DNA of 64,000 bases, from the NCBI GenBank assembly GCA_963790095.1, contig CAWBNO010000012.1, forward strand, positions 146,997 to 210,996. Reading direction: 5' to 3'. Made by a program: the position numbers and the translations under genes. Of the stretch, positions 40,464-52,100 are shown piece after piece (position 1 is the stretch's first letter; each line of letters begins with the position of its first letter). Under the pieces are notes generated by a model. It was not told the origin of the DNA. It saw nothing but the letters and a program-made list of their open reading frames with translations, and searched no databases. Source of the DNA: an uncultured delta proteobacterium. Lineage in GTDB: Bacteria > Desulfobacterota > Desulfobacteria > Desulfobacterales > UBA11574.

Positions 40464-41300
40464 ATGGAAAAAATAGAATTTTATAAAATGAGCGGCAGCG
40501 GCAACGACTTTATCATCGTCGACAACCGCGATAAAATTGTTGATGAAACCGATTTGTTAAATTTTATTGTCAAGGTGTGTCGTAGAAAAATGTCCGTCGG
40601 GGCCGATGGACTTATCCTTGTGGAGAACACAAAGGGTGCGGACTTCAAATGGCGGTTTTTTAACTCCGACGGCAGTGCGGCGGAGATGTGCGGAAACGGT
40701 GCACGGTGCGTTGCGCGGTTCGCATATTTAAACGGCATTGCCGGACCAAAGATGTCCTTCGAGACCGGGGCCGGAATCGTTGAAGCTCAGGTTGCCGGCG
40801 AGAGCGTTAAAATAAAAATGACAGATCCGTTAGATCTCAAAACGGATTATACCCTCGAACTCAAAGACCGTTCGATTTCCGTCTCCAGCATCAACACAGG
40901 GGTGCCCCATGTGGTGATAGTCATCACCGACACCCTGGACGATGTCGAGGTCGTTAAAATAGGACGGGAGATTCGCTTCCACCCTATGTTCGCTCCGGCC
41001 GGCACCAATGTTAATTTCATCTGCCCCATAACAGATGATACCATTGGAATTCGAACTTACGAGCGTGGTGTTGAGGACGAAACTTTGGCCTGTGGGACCG
41101 GGTCCGTTGCAGGTGCCCTCATTATGGCTCGCAAGATGAAGGTCGATGCTCCCATCAATGTTTTGACCCGAAGCGGTGGACATCTCAAGATCTATTACAC
41201 AGAAAGAGATGCCACATTTCAGGACATTTATCTGGAAGGGGATGCCCGGATCATTTACCGGGCAAAACTCTTTGAAGATGCATGGAAAGACAATCTCTGA
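40464..41300 (+). CDS. dapF: diaminopimelate epimerase
   Basis: MSGSGNDFIIVDN, and catalytic Cys motifs MCGNGARC and ACGTGS. Confidence 0.9.
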   Translation: MEKIEFYKMSGSGNDFIIVDNRDKIVDETDLLNFIVKVCRRKMSVGADGLILVENTKGADFKWRFFNSDGSAAEMCGNGARCVARFAYLNGIAGPKMSFETGAGIVEAQVAGESVKIKMTDPLDLKTDYTLELKDRSISVSSINTGVPHVVIVITDTLDDVEVVKIGREIRFHPMFAPAGTNVNFICPITDDTIGIRTYERGVEDETLACGTGSVAGALIMARKMKVDAPINVLTRSGGHLKIYYTERDATFQDIYLEGDARIIYRAKLFEDAWKDNL

Positions 41301-41353
41301 TTTCCAAGGGGCGGACTATAAAGCATCGCAAAGCGATTGTAAAAATTAGAACA

Positions 41354-41860
41354 ATGGACATTCATACAGCATACATTGGGGCCGGTTCCAACATGGGAGA
41401 CAAACTCTTGAATTGCAAGAACGGAATCTCTGCCCTCACAACCACCCGAAATGTCTTGGAAAAGGTATGGTCGCGATTCTACAAAACCGAACCGGTGGAC
41501 TACAAAAACCAGGATTGGTTTGTAAATGTCGTGGTAAAGGTTGAAACCACCCTTGCCCCGGTTGAGCTGTTAAAGAGACTTAAAGCCATTGAACGAGAAG
41601 CCGGACGTGTGGACGGTGCCATTAGATTCGGCCCCAGGGTCCTCGATTTGGACATCATTTTGTACGATGATTTGGTGATGAATTCATGGGAATTGGTCGT
41701 TCCTCATCCCAGAATGCACAAAAGACGTTTTGTATTAAGACCAATCTGTGATATAGATCCAACGATTGTTCATCCGGTTTTTAAAAAAGAGATGCAAGCG
41801 CTGCTGGATGTCCTCGATGAAAATGATCAAAGGATTGTTGAATATCGATGCGATTATTAA
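41354..41860 (+). CDS. folK: 2-amino-4-hydroxy-6-hydroxymethyldihydropteridine pyrophosphokinase
   Basis: AYIGAGSNMGD, GPRVLDLDIILYD and VPHPRMHKRRFVL. Confidence 0.85.
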   Translation: MDIHTAYIGAGSNMGDKLLNCKNGISALTTTRNVLEKVWSRFYKTEPVDYKNQDWFVNVVVKVETTLAPVELLKRLKAIEREAGRVDGAIRFGPRVLDLDIILYDDLVMNSWELVVPHPRMHKRRFVLRPICDIDPTIVHPVFKKEMQALLDVLDENDQRIVEYRCDY

Positions 41861-42108
41861 TCCTGATGGGTATTGTGTACCTTTGTTACAGGTTCCTGAA
41901 ATCCTGGATCCTTAAAGAAAAATTGCCGCACCAAACCGTATCGGATAAAAAATCGGGCGAGATCGATAACGTCATGGATAAAGATCCCTATTGTGGTGTA
42001 TATTTCGCAAGAAAAGACGGCGTAAATTTAAAAATCGACGGGCAGGATTTATATTTTTGCAGCCAAGAATGCAGGGATAAATTTTTAGAAAACCATAAAA
42101 AAAAATAG
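41848..42108 (+). CDS. small membrane protein with a YHS/TRASH-type metal-binding domain
   Basis: N-terminal TM followed by DPYCGVYF...YFCSQECRDKF. Overlaps the folK stop by 13 nt. Confidence 0.6.
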   Translation: MRLLILMGIVYLCYRFLKSWILKEKLPHQTVSDKKSGEIDNVMDKDPYCGVYFARKDGVNLKIDGQDLYFCSQECRDKFLENHKKK

Positions 42109-42216
42109 TTCTCAACCCGCTATCATCGAGGTTCGCCGGATCCTAAAGCGTATTTTGCGGCAACTTCAACAGGATGAATAATTAAGGAATCAATATATCG
42201 CACAGGAGGTTTTTTG

Positions 42217-42861
42217 ATGAAATTTTTTATAGACACAGCAAACATCGACGAAATTAAGGAAGCAAACAGCATGGGGATGGTTGACGGCGTTACAACCAAT
42301 CCCAGTCTGATAGCCAAAGAAGGCCGGGATTTTGAAGAGATTATCAAAGAGATCTGCGAAATCGTGGACGGCCCCATCAGCGCCGAGGTTATCAGCATCG
42401 ATGCCGAAGGTATGGTTAAAGAGGCCCGTGAACTCTCAAAAATCCATGATAATATCGTGGTAAAGATCCCCATGCTGGTGGACGGTTTAAAGGCGACCCG
42501 AATACTTGCCGAAGAAGGGATCAAGACAAACGTAACGCTGGTTTTTTCGCCGTTGCAGGCGCTGATGGCGGCCAAAGCCGGGGCCACGTATGTTAGCCCC
42601 TTCATCGGTCGTCTGGATGACATATCCCAGGAAGGCCTTCTGCTGGTGGAGCAGATCGTTGAAATTTACAGTAACTACGCATACGATACTGAAATCATTG
42701 TGGCAAGCATTCGCAACCCGTTGCATGTGCTGGAATCGGCGTTAATGGGTGCCGACATCGCCACCATTCCCTTTAGTGTCCTCAGTAAATTGGCGGCCCA
42801 TCCCTTGACCGACAAAGGGCTCAAGGCATTTCTGGACGACTGGAACAAGGCCAAAAAATAG
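42217..42861 (+). CDS. tal: transaldolase (short, type 3B / fructose-6-phosphate aldolase family)
   Basis: [16 protein letters not shown]...GVTTNPSL...VKIP...[21 protein letters not shown]. Confidence 0.9.
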   Translation: MKFFIDTANIDEIKEANSMGMVDGVTTNPSLIAKEGRDFEEIIKEICEIVDGPISAEVISIDAEGMVKEARELSKIHDNIVVKIPMLVDGLKATRILAEEGIKTNVTLVFSPLQALMAAKAGATYVSPFIGRLDDISQEGLLLVEQIVEIYSNYAYDTEIIVASIRNPLHVLESALMGADIATIPFSVLSKLAAHPLTDKGLKAFLDDWNKAKK

Positions 42862-42878
42862 TTAAAAAAAGTGATATC

Positions 42879-43445
42879 ATGTTTCAGCGGGGACAAATCA
42901 AAAATATACTGAGCCATCCCAACAGCTTGACCCTGTTTCGAGTTGCTGCAGTGCCGATCATTGTGATTCTGCTTTTGTTCCCCAACAGACTCTGTTCATT
43001 TATTTCCGCACTGGTTTTCAGTGCAGCGGCCATCACCGATTTTCTGGACGGCTTTTTTGCACGGAAGCGGGGACTGGTATCCAACTTTGGCAAGGTCATG
43101 GATCCCATTGCCGACAAGGTTTTGATGTCGACATCTTTTATCATGCTGGCCTCTCTCCAATGGATCCCGGCCTGGATTGTTTGTATTATTATCGGACGGG
43201 AAATTGCCGTAACCGGTTTGAGAAATATTATCGCTCAAAAGGGTAAAGATGTGTCCGCATCGAGCCTCGGAAAATATAAAACCGGATTTCAGATTGCGTC
43301 GATTATTCCACTGATGATACACTATCCGTACCTTGCCGTGGATTTTAATGCCATCGGGACCATATTTTTATGGATAGCCTTGGCATTGACGGTCTGGTCG
43401 GGTGCAGATTATTTTATTAAGTTCAGAGGCCTTCTCAAACTGTAA
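42879..43445 (+). CDS. pgsA: CDP-diacylglycerol--glycerol-3-phosphate 3-phosphatidyltransferase
   Basis: DGFFARKRGLVSNFGKVMDPIADKV CDP-alcohol phosphatidyltransferase motif. Confidence 0.9.
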   Translation: MFQRGQIKNILSHPNSLTLFRVAAVPIIVILLLFPNRLCSFISALVFSAAAITDFLDGFFARKRGLVSNFGKVMDPIADKVLMSTSFIMLASLQWIPAWIVCIIIGREIAVTGLRNIIAQKGKDVSASSLGKYKTGFQIASIIPLMIHYPYLAVDFNAIGTIFLWIALALTVWSGADYFIKFRGLLKL

Positions 43446-43498
43446 ATTTTTCTATTGACAAAATCGAATAGTTTTATTTATGAAAACAAGACTATTGA

Positions 43499-43573
43499 GC
43501 GGGAATAACTCAGTGGTAGAGTGCGACCTTGCCAAGGTCGAAGTCGCGGGTTCAAATCCCGTTTCCCGCTCCA
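43499..43573 (+). tRNA. tRNA-Gly (anticodon GCC)
   Basis: Folded by hand as a cloverleaf: acceptor GCGGGAA/TTCCCGC, anticodon arm CGACC-TTGCCAA-GGTCG, T arm GCGGG-TTCAAAT-CCCGT, encoded CCA. Confidence 0.9.
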
Positions 43574-43623
43574 TTTTTTTTTGGGGGAAGGTACGGGTAA
43601 ACAGACCATTATCCGGGTGTAAG

Positions 43624-43698
43624 GGCGGCATAGCCAAGTGGTAAGGCAGCGGTCTGCAAAACCGCTATTCACCAGTTCGAATCTGGTTGCCGCCTCCA
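43624..43698 (+). tRNA. tRNA-Cys (anticodon GCA)
   Basis: Acceptor GGCGGCA/TGCCGCC, anticodon arm GCGGT-CTGCAAA-ACCGC, T arm ACCAG-TTCGAAT-CTGGT, encoded CCA. Confidence 0.9.
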
Positions 43699-43708
43699 AA
43701 ATATTATT

Positions 43709-43752
43709 AAGGGTTTATAGGTATATTCAATTGCTTATAAACCCTTTTTTTA
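43709..43752 (+). terminator. intrinsic terminator after the tRNA pair
   Basis: AAGGGTTTATA (43709-43719) pairs perfectly with TATAAACCCTT (43736-43746), followed by a T-run. Confidence 0.75.
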
Positions 43753-43969
43753 TTAGTTACTTTAAGCCTCAAACGACCCCTCCCCAACCGTTTGGAAATC
43801 TTCCTCAGTCACAAATTGAAATCAATGGAAACCTGGGGCACGCCCTCTGGATAAATTGCAATGGCATCATTAATATGGTATGCACAAATAAATAGGCCCT
43901 TACACGGGAATCGGTTCAAAAGGCGCGTTTTGCCAGGGTCGCTTACATATACTGCGGGGTATCGATATT

Positions 43970-44077
43970 ATGGAAAACATATTGGGTGAGTTATGGATTT
44001 TCAAACTTATGAGTATCGCCGGGGCGGTATATCTAATCTATTTTTTCATCAAAGACCGTCGGAGAAAAAAGGATTAA
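43970..44077 (+). CDS. possible 35-aa membrane peptide (MENILGELWIFKLMSIAGAVYLIYFFIKDRRRKKD)
   Basis: One hydrophobic helix plus a basic tail. Weak SD. Below the ORF-track size cutoff. Confidence 0.25.
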   Translation: MENILGELWIFKLMSIAGAVYLIYFFIKDRRRKKD

Positions 44078-44444
44078 ACGTTATTTCCTTTGTCCTTGGG
44101 CCCGAAGCGGTAAAAAATCTATATATCCATCGGTCACCGTTAAAATCAACCCCATAAAAACCGGCGGTGTTGCACCGGGTTAAAGATATGAAACAGCCGT
44201 TGCCAACCGTGCTGTTCATTGGTTGGAATCCGGGTATCGGCTATAGATAAACATAAAAGGCTTGCAAATAAAAACAAAATGTTGCAGGCTTTTTTAAATT
44301 AATCGCTTTAAGTTGTTAAAGTCCAAAATCAAATGCGTTAACCCTGAGGAAAAAATTCATTCAGGTTGACGGTTAAAAAGGTTTAAGATATTAAATCCGC
44401 TGGTTATGGAAAATAATAAAAGTATTTCAATGAAAGGTTAAATC

Positions 44445-45683
44445 ATGATCCGAATCAATGAAAATTATTTGAAACTTCAATCTTCTTATCTCTTTGTAGA
44501 GATTGCCAATCGGGTCTCGGCATATCAAAAAGAAAACCCGGATGTCGAGATCATACGACTGGGAATCGGTGACGTCACCCTTCCGCTGCCGCCGGCTTGC
44601 ATCCAAGCATTCAAGGCGGGTGTCGAGGAAATGGCATCGGATGCCACTTTCCGTGGATACGGGCCGGAACAGGGATATGCCTTTTTAAGGGAAACCATCG
44701 CTTTCAACGATTATCAGACCCGGGGTGCTGACATCCATCCGGATGAGATCTTTGTCAGCGACGGTGCCAAATGCGATACCGGAAACATCCAGGAGCTCTT
44801 TGCCGGGGACATCCGACTGGCGATTCCGGATCCGGTCTATCCGGTGTACCTGGACACCAACGTCATGGCCGGTCGAACCGGGGATTTCGACCAGGGAAGA
44901 TACGGCGACATTCTATATTTGGAAAGCCTTCCTGAAAACGGATTTGTTCCACCCCTCCCTGAAGCGCCGGTGGATCTGATTTACCTCTGTTTCCCAAACA
45001 ACCCAACCGGTGCCACCATATCCAAAGACACTTTGAAAAAATGGGTCGATTTTGCCCGTGAAAACAAGGCGCTGATTCTATATGATGCGGCCTACGAGGC
45101 ATTTGTCCGGGACCCAAACCTTCCCCGTTCGATCTTCGAGATAGAAGGGGCCCGAGACGTGGCCATCGAATTCAGGAGTTTTTCAAAAACCGCCGGTTTC
45201 ACCGGTACCCGGTGTGCCTATACCGTGGTTCCCAAACGCTGCATGGCGTATGACAGCAGCGGTCAAAAGCATTCTTTGCATTCCTTGTGGAATCGGCGAC
45301 AATCGACCAAATTCAACGGTGTCTCCTATCCGGTTCAGAAAGCTGCCGAAGCGACGTATAGTGAACAAGGAAAAGCACAGATCATCGAAATGACAGACTA
45401 TTATTTGAGAAATGCAGCCCTGATCCGAAAGGAGATGGCAGCACTGGGTTTTGAATTTGTCGGCGGTGAAAACTCGCCGTATATCTGGATAAACTGTAAC
45501 AGGGATGCCTGGGCGTTTTTCGATCTTCTCCTTAAAACCGCCGGCGTCGTGACAACTCCGGGGCCTGGATTCGGCAAATGCGGCGAGGGCTTTATCCGTA
45601 TCAGCGCCTTTAACAGTTATGATAACGTTGAAAAAGCCATGGAACGGATCAAGGACGCTCTGAGCGGGTCCCGTGCTGAATAA
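44445..45683 (+). CDS. dapL: LL-diaminopimelate aminotransferase
   Basis: 412 aa. [24 protein letters not shown]...IRLGIGDVT start is typical of DapL, with an [15 protein letters not shown]-lysine region. Confidence 0.9.
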   Translation: MIRINENYLKLQSSYLFVEIANRVSAYQKENPDVEIIRLGIGDVTLPLPPACIQAFKAGVEEMASDATFRGYGPEQGYAFLRETIAFNDYQTRGADIHPDEIFVSDGAKCDTGNIQELFAGDIRLAIPDPVYPVYLDTNVMAGRTGDFDQGRYGDILYLESLPENGFVPPLPEAPVDLIYLCFPNNPTGATISKDTLKKWVDFARENKALILYDAAYEAFVRDPNLPRSIFEIEGARDVAIEFRSFSKTAGFTGTRCAYTVVPKRCMAYDSSGQKHSLHSLWNRRQSTKFNGVSYPVQKAAEATYSEQGKAQIIEMTDYYLRNAALIRKEMAALGFEFVGGENSPYIWINCNRDAWAFFDLLLKTAGVVTTPGPGFGKCGEGFIRISAFNSYDNVEKAMERIKDALSGSRAE

Positions 45684-47143
45684 TGAAAATTAAAAACACC
45701 ATACTCCTTGCGGGTTTTGTAATTCTAATGGCGGTCGGCTGCGGAAGATACGCCGCCGAAACAGAAGTGCAGACCAGCTACATGATACCGCTGTTAAAGA
45801 AGATACAGCCGGCTATTGTGACCATAGTGGCCTACGATGTCAACCGGAACGTGACCAACCAGGGGAGCGGTTTTTTTGTGGATAAAAAAGGTCATCTGAT
45901 CACCAATTACCATGTTCTCGACGGTGCGTATGCTGCCGATGTAAAAACCTTTGACGGCGTGAAGCATCCCATCGAGGTGGTTGTGGCTGAAAATAAATTT
46001 TCAGATCTCATCAAGGTCCGGGTAAAAATTCCGGAAGGGGCCGTTCACTGGGTCTTGGTCAGTGAAACCGAGCCGTCTATCGGTGAGCGGGTTGTGGTGG
46101 TGGGGACCCCAATGGGACTTGACCAGACGGTGAGCGAAGGTATTGTATCAGCGGTTCGGGAGCTGCCGGTTGTGGGAAAGGTTTTCCAATTGTCGGCGCC
46201 GATTTCTCCGGGTTCCAGCGGGAGTCCTGTGGTAAATATGAACGGTAACGTGATTGGGGTGGTTTCATTTCAAGCGGTGAAAGGGCAGAATCTCAATTTT
46301 GCCGTCTCAGGGAAGGGGATACTCGATTTAAAACAGAACGAGACGTTAAAAACCCTGTCGGAATGGACCTACGATATCAATAAAAGAACCCCCGGACTGG
46401 CCGAAGAACTGTGCAAAAAAGGATTTAATTTCTCCATCAGAGGGGAATTTAAAGACGCGCTCGATTACTATAAAGAAGCCACGGAGAAGAGTCCGGACGA
46501 TACCATTGCCTGGTATGGGCTGGGAAGCTGCTATGATGGGCTGGATAAGCCGGAAGAGGCCATCGCGGCGTATAAACAGGCCGTTGGAATCGATCCGGGA
46601 AATGCCGACGCGCATTATCACCTGGGACGCTACTATCGCAAACTGGGTCGCTACGAGGACGCCATCGAAGCCTATGATCAGGCCATCGAAGCCGATCCGG
46701 ATCATGCAGCCTCCTACTTTGACCTGGGAATGTTATACGGCAAGCTGGAAGAATTTGAAAATGGGGAGCGGTCGTTTAACCAGGTTCTGCGAATCAATCC
46801 CGATCATGCACCCACGCTCCATTATATGGGCTTGATCTACAATGGGATGGGGCGTTACGATGATGCGGCCGAATCCTGTAAAAAAGCATTGAAGATCAAT
46901 CCGGATTCAGCGCCGACGCTTTACAACCTGGGGATTGCATATGGCGGACTGGGTAAAAGCAGAGAAGAAATGGAAGCATTTAAACAGGCGATCCGGGTGG
47001 ATCCGGATTTTGCCCCGGCCCATTATAATATGGGGATTATCTACCTCATCCAAGGCGATAAGGCAGCGGCCCTGGAAGAATATAAAATTTTAAAAGTGCT
47101 CGATCAGAATATGGCTGAAATGCTGTTTGATCGGATTTACTAA
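45683..47143 (+). CDS. lipoprotein: trypsin-like (S1C) serine protease domain fused to TPR repeats
   Basis: Lipobox MAVGC, with GSGFFVDKKGHLITNYHV and GSSGSPVVNMNGNVIGV. The C-terminal half has repeated AxxxYxxAlxixP TPR units. Confidence 0.75.
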   Translation: MKIKNTILLAGFVILMAVGCGRYAAETEVQTSYMIPLLKKIQPAIVTIVAYDVNRNVTNQGSGFFVDKKGHLITNYHVLDGAYAADVKTFDGVKHPIEVVVAENKFSDLIKVRVKIPEGAVHWVLVSETEPSIGERVVVVGTPMGLDQTVSEGIVSAVRELPVVGKVFQLSAPISPGSSGSPVVNMNGNVIGVVSFQAVKGQNLNFAVSGKGILDLKQNETLKTLSEWTYDINKRTPGLAEELCKKGFNFSIRGEFKDALDYYKEATEKSPDDTIAWYGLGSCYDGLDKPEEAIAAYKQAVGIDPGNADAHYHLGRYYRKLGRYEDAIEAYDQAIEADPDHAASYFDLGMLYGKLEEFENGERSFNQVLRINPDHAPTLHYMGLIYNGMGRYDDAAESCKKALKINPDSAPTLYNLGIAYGGLGKSREEMEAFKQAIRVDPDFAPAHYNMGIIYLIQGDKAAALEEYKILKVLDQNMAEMLFDRIY

Positions 47144-47157
47144 CAGTATTTTAAATT

Positions 47158-47565
47158 TTATTGAAACCAATCTTTTTTGGGTTTTGTTTTTGGTTTTTCC
47201 GCTTCTACTGATTTTTCTCCTTTTCCCTCATCTGCTTCCGCTTCTACTGTTTCTTCTGTCTCCTTATAGAGCAGCGCCTCGGCGCCTCCCATGATCTGTG
47301 TTGCATATCGCCGGTCGACCTTGACCACGGATTCAGACGCTGAAGCTTTTATAACCGAACCGCAGACAAGTTGATCACCTGAAGCTGAAGAAAAGCATAC
47401 TTGTGCGCCAACAATGAACCCGGCATTTTCGCCCCCATCAATGGCAATGTCGCCATTTAATTTATTGACTTTTATAACCTGTGCCGCCAGGGCGTTGCTT
47501 TTAACAGAAATAACCGCCAACATAACAATTGCGAACACAACCAGAAATACACTCAATTTTTTCAT
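47158..47565 (-). CDS. hypothetical secreted protein
   Basis: Signal peptide and an acidic/lysine-rich tail. No family recognised. Confidence 0.5.
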   Translation of the reverse strand: MKKLSVFLVVFAIVMLAVISVKSNALAAQVIKVNKLNGDIAIDGGENAGFIVGAQVCFSSASGDQLVCGSVIKASASESVVKVDRRYATQIMGGAEALLYKETEETVEAEADEGKGEKSVEAEKPKTKPKKDWFQ

Positions 47566-48030
47566 GAAGATCTCCTCTCTGTGTCAAGCATATTATCGTT
47601 TAATTTTGTTGAGTCGGATGTTGCCAAATTTAGATGCCACCTCATTTTGAGACAGCTTATAGAAAAAAACAGATTTTTTTAACGTTTATCCAAGATTATC
47701 CCAGCGTCACGGATTAATCAATCCTTTTTTATCCATTTAGACGACAACCAAAACACCCGAAATTCGTGCGTGTCATGGGAAGGCACACCCTCTGAAAACC
47801 TACCGGCATTCCAAGCAGCTCATTAATGCGTCGACATCGAGCAAGCTTTCTTCACTGGCGCGAACCCCGGGGCGCTTCTTAACCTTGTGCCATGATTCAA
47901 ACGGGACCTGTTTCCGGTAGTTCCGCCGACATTATGACTTGATTAAATCGGACGGATATATTAGTGATTGTAGATCATCCCAAAAAGATTTCTTGATCCC
48001 CGAACCTTTTATCCACGTAAAGAGAAAAAA

Positions 48031-49185
48031 ATGAAAAAAATTACATTAGGTCTACTATGCATGTTACTTTTGGTGTTTTTTTCGTGCAGCAAAAAAGAGG
48101 ATCAACAAAAGCAACCCCCCCCGGCCGATGTAACGGTTGTCGTTACACAAGCAAAAGACGTTCCCATCTACCAGGAATTTGTCGGCCAGATATTCGGTTT
48201 CAAAGATATTGCCATACGGGCCAGGGTGGAAGGTTTTCTGGAAGGTTTTCATTTTGAGGAAGGTTCGCGGGTCGAAAAAGGCGCTCTACTCTATACTTTG
48301 GAAAGCCAGCCGTTTGAGGCCGATGTTGCGGCAAAGATGAGCCGGGTCGCGGAAGCAAAGACAAGGCTGGCGAAAGCCAAAAGCGATTTGGACAGGATCG
48401 CGCCCCTTGCAAAGGTGAAGGCGGTCAGTGAGAGTGATTTGGATTCTGCCGTCGCCCAATATGAGGCTTCCATCGAATCGGTGAAAGCTGCCGAAGCGAA
48501 TCTCAGGGCCAGTAACATCCAACTCGGTTATACCAAGATTTATTCACCCATATTCGGAATTATCGGAAAGACAACAGCCAAAGTAGGGGATTTCGTCGGT
48601 CGAAGTCCCAATCCGGTAATTTTGAATACGGTTTCCCGTATCGACACGATTATAGTGGAGTTTTTTATTACGGAGACGCAATATCTTCAGGTGGCCCGGC
48701 ATTTATTATCGAAGGTCGAATCGACTGTTCAGAATGCCCGAAAAGAAACCCTGGAACTGATTCTGGCAGACGGATCTCTGTACGATCACAAAGGAAAAGT
48801 TAATTTTGTTGACCGAGACGTGGATCCCACCACCGGCGCCATACTGGTTCAAGCCTCGTTTCCCAACCCCCAGGAATTGTTACGTCCCGGACAATTTGCC
48901 AAGGTTAAGGCCCTGGTTACCGTCGTTAAAGACGGCATTCTGATTCCCCAAAGATGTGTTGTGGAACTGCAGGGGCTATACAGTGTCTATGTCGTTGGCG
49001 ATGGTGATAAGGTTGAGACAAGAAACGTAAAAGTAGGACCGAAGATCAAACAATTCTGGCTGATCACCGAAGGGTTAAAGCCGGGTGAACATGTCGTGTA
49101 CGAAGGTTTACAGAGAGTTAAGGGCGGGGCGGTCGTGAAACCCACAATAAAAGAAATCGAATCAATAGACCAGGAAAGCACGTAA
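48031..49185 (+). CDS. RND efflux membrane-fusion (periplasmic adaptor) lipoprotein
   Basis: Lipobox FFSC with the AcrA-like coiled-coil/lipoyl/beta-barrel pattern (LGYTKIYSPIFGIIGK). Confidence 0.85.
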   Translation: MKKITLGLLCMLLLVFFSCSKKEDQQKQPPPADVTVVVTQAKDVPIYQEFVGQIFGFKDIAIRARVEGFLEGFHFEEGSRVEKGALLYTLESQPFEADVAAKMSRVAEAKTRLAKAKSDLDRIAPLAKVKAVSESDLDSAVAQYEASIESVKAAEANLRASNIQLGYTKIYSPIFGIIGKTTAKVGDFVGRSPNPVILNTVSRIDTIIVEFFITETQYLQVARHLLSKVESTVQNARKETLELILADGSLYDHKGKVNFVDRDVDPTTGAILVQASFPNPQELLRPGQFAKVKALVTVVKDGILIPQRCVVELQGLYSVYVVGDGDKVETRNVKVGPKIKQFWLITEGLKPGEHVVYEGLQRVKGGAVVKPTIKEIESIDQEST

Positions 49186-49191
49186 TCAGAT

Positions 49192-52100
49192 ATGGATAAT
49201 TTTTTTGTAAGACGTCCAATTGTGGCCATGGTCATCGCCATTTTTATGGTAATCGTGGGGGTCGTATCGCTGAAAGGTCTTCCCACGGAGCAATATCCCA
49301 ATATCACACCACCGGTGGTGGAAGTTCGGGCCACCTATACCGGAGCAAATGCCGTCAGTGTGGAGCAGTCGGTGGCCACACCGCTGGAGCAGCAGATCAA
49401 TGGTGTGGACAATATGATCTATATGAAATCCATCAACGCAAATGACGGCACCATGACCGTTCAGGTGTCCTTTGAGATCGGCACCGATCCGGACATGAAC
49501 ACGGTTTTTACCCAAAACCGGGTTGCCGCTGCAACAGCGAAGCTCCCTGAGGAGGTCAAAAGATTAGGGGTGACCACAGAAAAATCCCTTCCGAATATAT
49601 TGATGCTGGTAACGCTAACATCAGAAGACGGCAGATATGACCAGAATTTCCTTGGAAACTATTCACTGATCAATATCAAAGATATTTTGGCCCGTATAAA
49701 AGGCATCGGTCGCGTGAACGTACTCGGAGCCAGTGATTATTCCATGCGCATATGGATAGAGCCCGACCGATTGGCCCACCTGGGTATCACGGTGCCCGAG
49801 ATCGTGAATGCCATCCGAGAGCAAAGTGTCATTGTTCCGGGCGGTAAATTCGGTGCTGAGCCCGCTCCTCCGGGGACGGAATTTACCTACACGGTCAGAT
49901 TGCCGGATCGTCTTCAATCTGAAAAAGAATTCAGTGAAATTGTCATCAGAACCACCGAGGGAGGGTCTCAGGTAAAGATCAAAGACATCGCACGTGTGGA
50001 ACTGGGCGTTGAGACTTACAACTGCATTTACTCGATTAAATGACAAAGCAGTGCGCCATGATCGCCCTGTATCAGGCGCCCGGTTCCAACGCCGTGAAAC
50101 TGGCCGAAGACATCAGAAAGACAATGGAACAGCTGTCTCAATCTTTTCCGGAGAGCATCCGATACGACATATCGCTGGATACCACGTTGGCCATCACGGC
50201 AGGCATCGATGAAATCATCGAGACACTCTTTATCGCCCTGGCGTTGGTTATTCTGGTGGTTTTCATCTTTATCCAGGACTGGCGGGCGGCCTTAATTCCC
50301 ACCATCGCCATCCCCGTTTCTCTGGTCGGTGCGTTTATTGTATTTCCATTGATCGGTTTCACCGTCAATGTCCTCTCGCTTCTGGGGCTGGTCCTGGCCA
50401 TCGGTATTGTTGTTGACGATGCCATTGTGGTGGTGGAGGCCGTCCAGGTTAATATTGAAAATGGTATGAATCCACAAGAGGCCACCATCCATGCCATGAA
50501 TGAAGTCACCGCGCCGGTCATTGCAACCACACTGGTTTTGGTGGCGGTGTTTATCCCGGTGGCCGTCATGGGAGGAATAACGGGAAGATTGTATCAACAG
50601 TTTGCCATTACGGTTGCCGTTTCGGTGGTTTTCTCATCTATTAATGCTTTAACCTTAAGTCCCGCCCTGTGCTCTCTGCTGCTTCGAAAGCAGAAACCGT
50701 ACGGCGGTCCTTTGGGTATGTTCTTTCGTCTTTTTAACAAAGCCTTTGACAGATCCACCAAGACATATATGGGGTTTACCCGTATTGTAACCGGCAAAAT
50801 AGTTAGGGGATTGATATTTATCCTTGTCGTGACCATTGGCATGGGTTTTATAGGGAAAAAAGTTCCCGGCGGATTTATGCCCGAAGAAGACATGGGGTAT
50901 CTTATGGTAAACATTCAATTGCCGGATGCCGCATCCCTGCAACGATCCGACACGGTTGCCAAAAAAGTCGAAAAAATTATAAAAAAATACGATGAAGTGG
51001 AATACATTACCACAGTCACCGGATACAGTCTGCTCTCAGGGAGCATGTCATCCAATGCCGGTTTTATTTTTGTTTCCCTTAAGGATTGGGGTGAACGGGA
51101 GAAAACCGCAAAGGACATCGTTAGACTATTAAATGTAAATTTTCATTTGGCCATTAATGAAGCGCAGGTGTTTGCCTTTGGCCCACCGGCAATCCCCGGA
51201 TTGGGGAGTGGTTCCGGATTTACGATGATGATTCAGGACAAAGGGGGAAATACACCGGATTATCTGGCCAAACACACGGTTAACTTTGTTCAGGCTGCCA
51301 TGAAACGGCCTGAAATCGGTGGTATATTTACAACGTTTCGAGCAACCGTTCCCCAGCGATACATGGAAATCGACAGGGATAAAGTCCTGAAAGCGGGGAT
51401 TTCCCTAAATGATATTTATACCACCGTCGGCGCCTTTCTGGGCGGTTCCTATGTAAATGATTTCAACAGATTCGGAAGGCTTTACAAAGCCTATATTCAG
51501 GCAGAACCCAAGTATAGGCAAAATGAAAAACAGATAAACCTTTTTTTTGTTAAAAATAAAGAGAACAAAAGCGTTCCTTTAGCGGCATTTGTCGATATCA
51601 AAGAAATCGTCGGGCCGGATTATACCAATCGATTTAATTTGTACAGAGCCATAGAGCTCAGTGGGGGGCCGGCGCCGGATATACTTCGGTCCAGGCCCTT
51701 GATGCCCTTGAAGAATTGGCTGCAGAAGTTCTTCCGGGGGATATGGGCTTTGCGTGGAGCAATATGTCGTACCAGGAAAAGAAGGCTTCCGGAACGGGTG
51801 CCATTGTTTTCGCGTTTTCATTGTTGTTCGTATTTCTTATTCTCGCCGCCCAATATGAAAGCTGGTCCTTGCCCTTTAGTATCCTGCTGGGGACACCCTT
51901 TGCAATCTTTGGTGCATTCATCGCATTGTTTGTTTCCCGACAGTTCAGCCAAAGCTATGAACTCAATGTTTTTGCCCAGATCGCACTGGTGATGCTCATC
52001 GCCATGGCGGCCAAAAATGCCATTCTGATCGTCGAGTTTGCCAAGCTGGAATTTGACAAAGGCCTTTCTTTGTTCGATGCGGCCATCAAAGCTGCACAGC

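Noticed and set aside
43499-44444. Genomic island integrated at tRNA-Gly/tRNA-Cys
   Set aside because: There is no direct repeat of a tRNA 3' end, and no integrase or mobility gene. dapL and downstream genes are ordinary.
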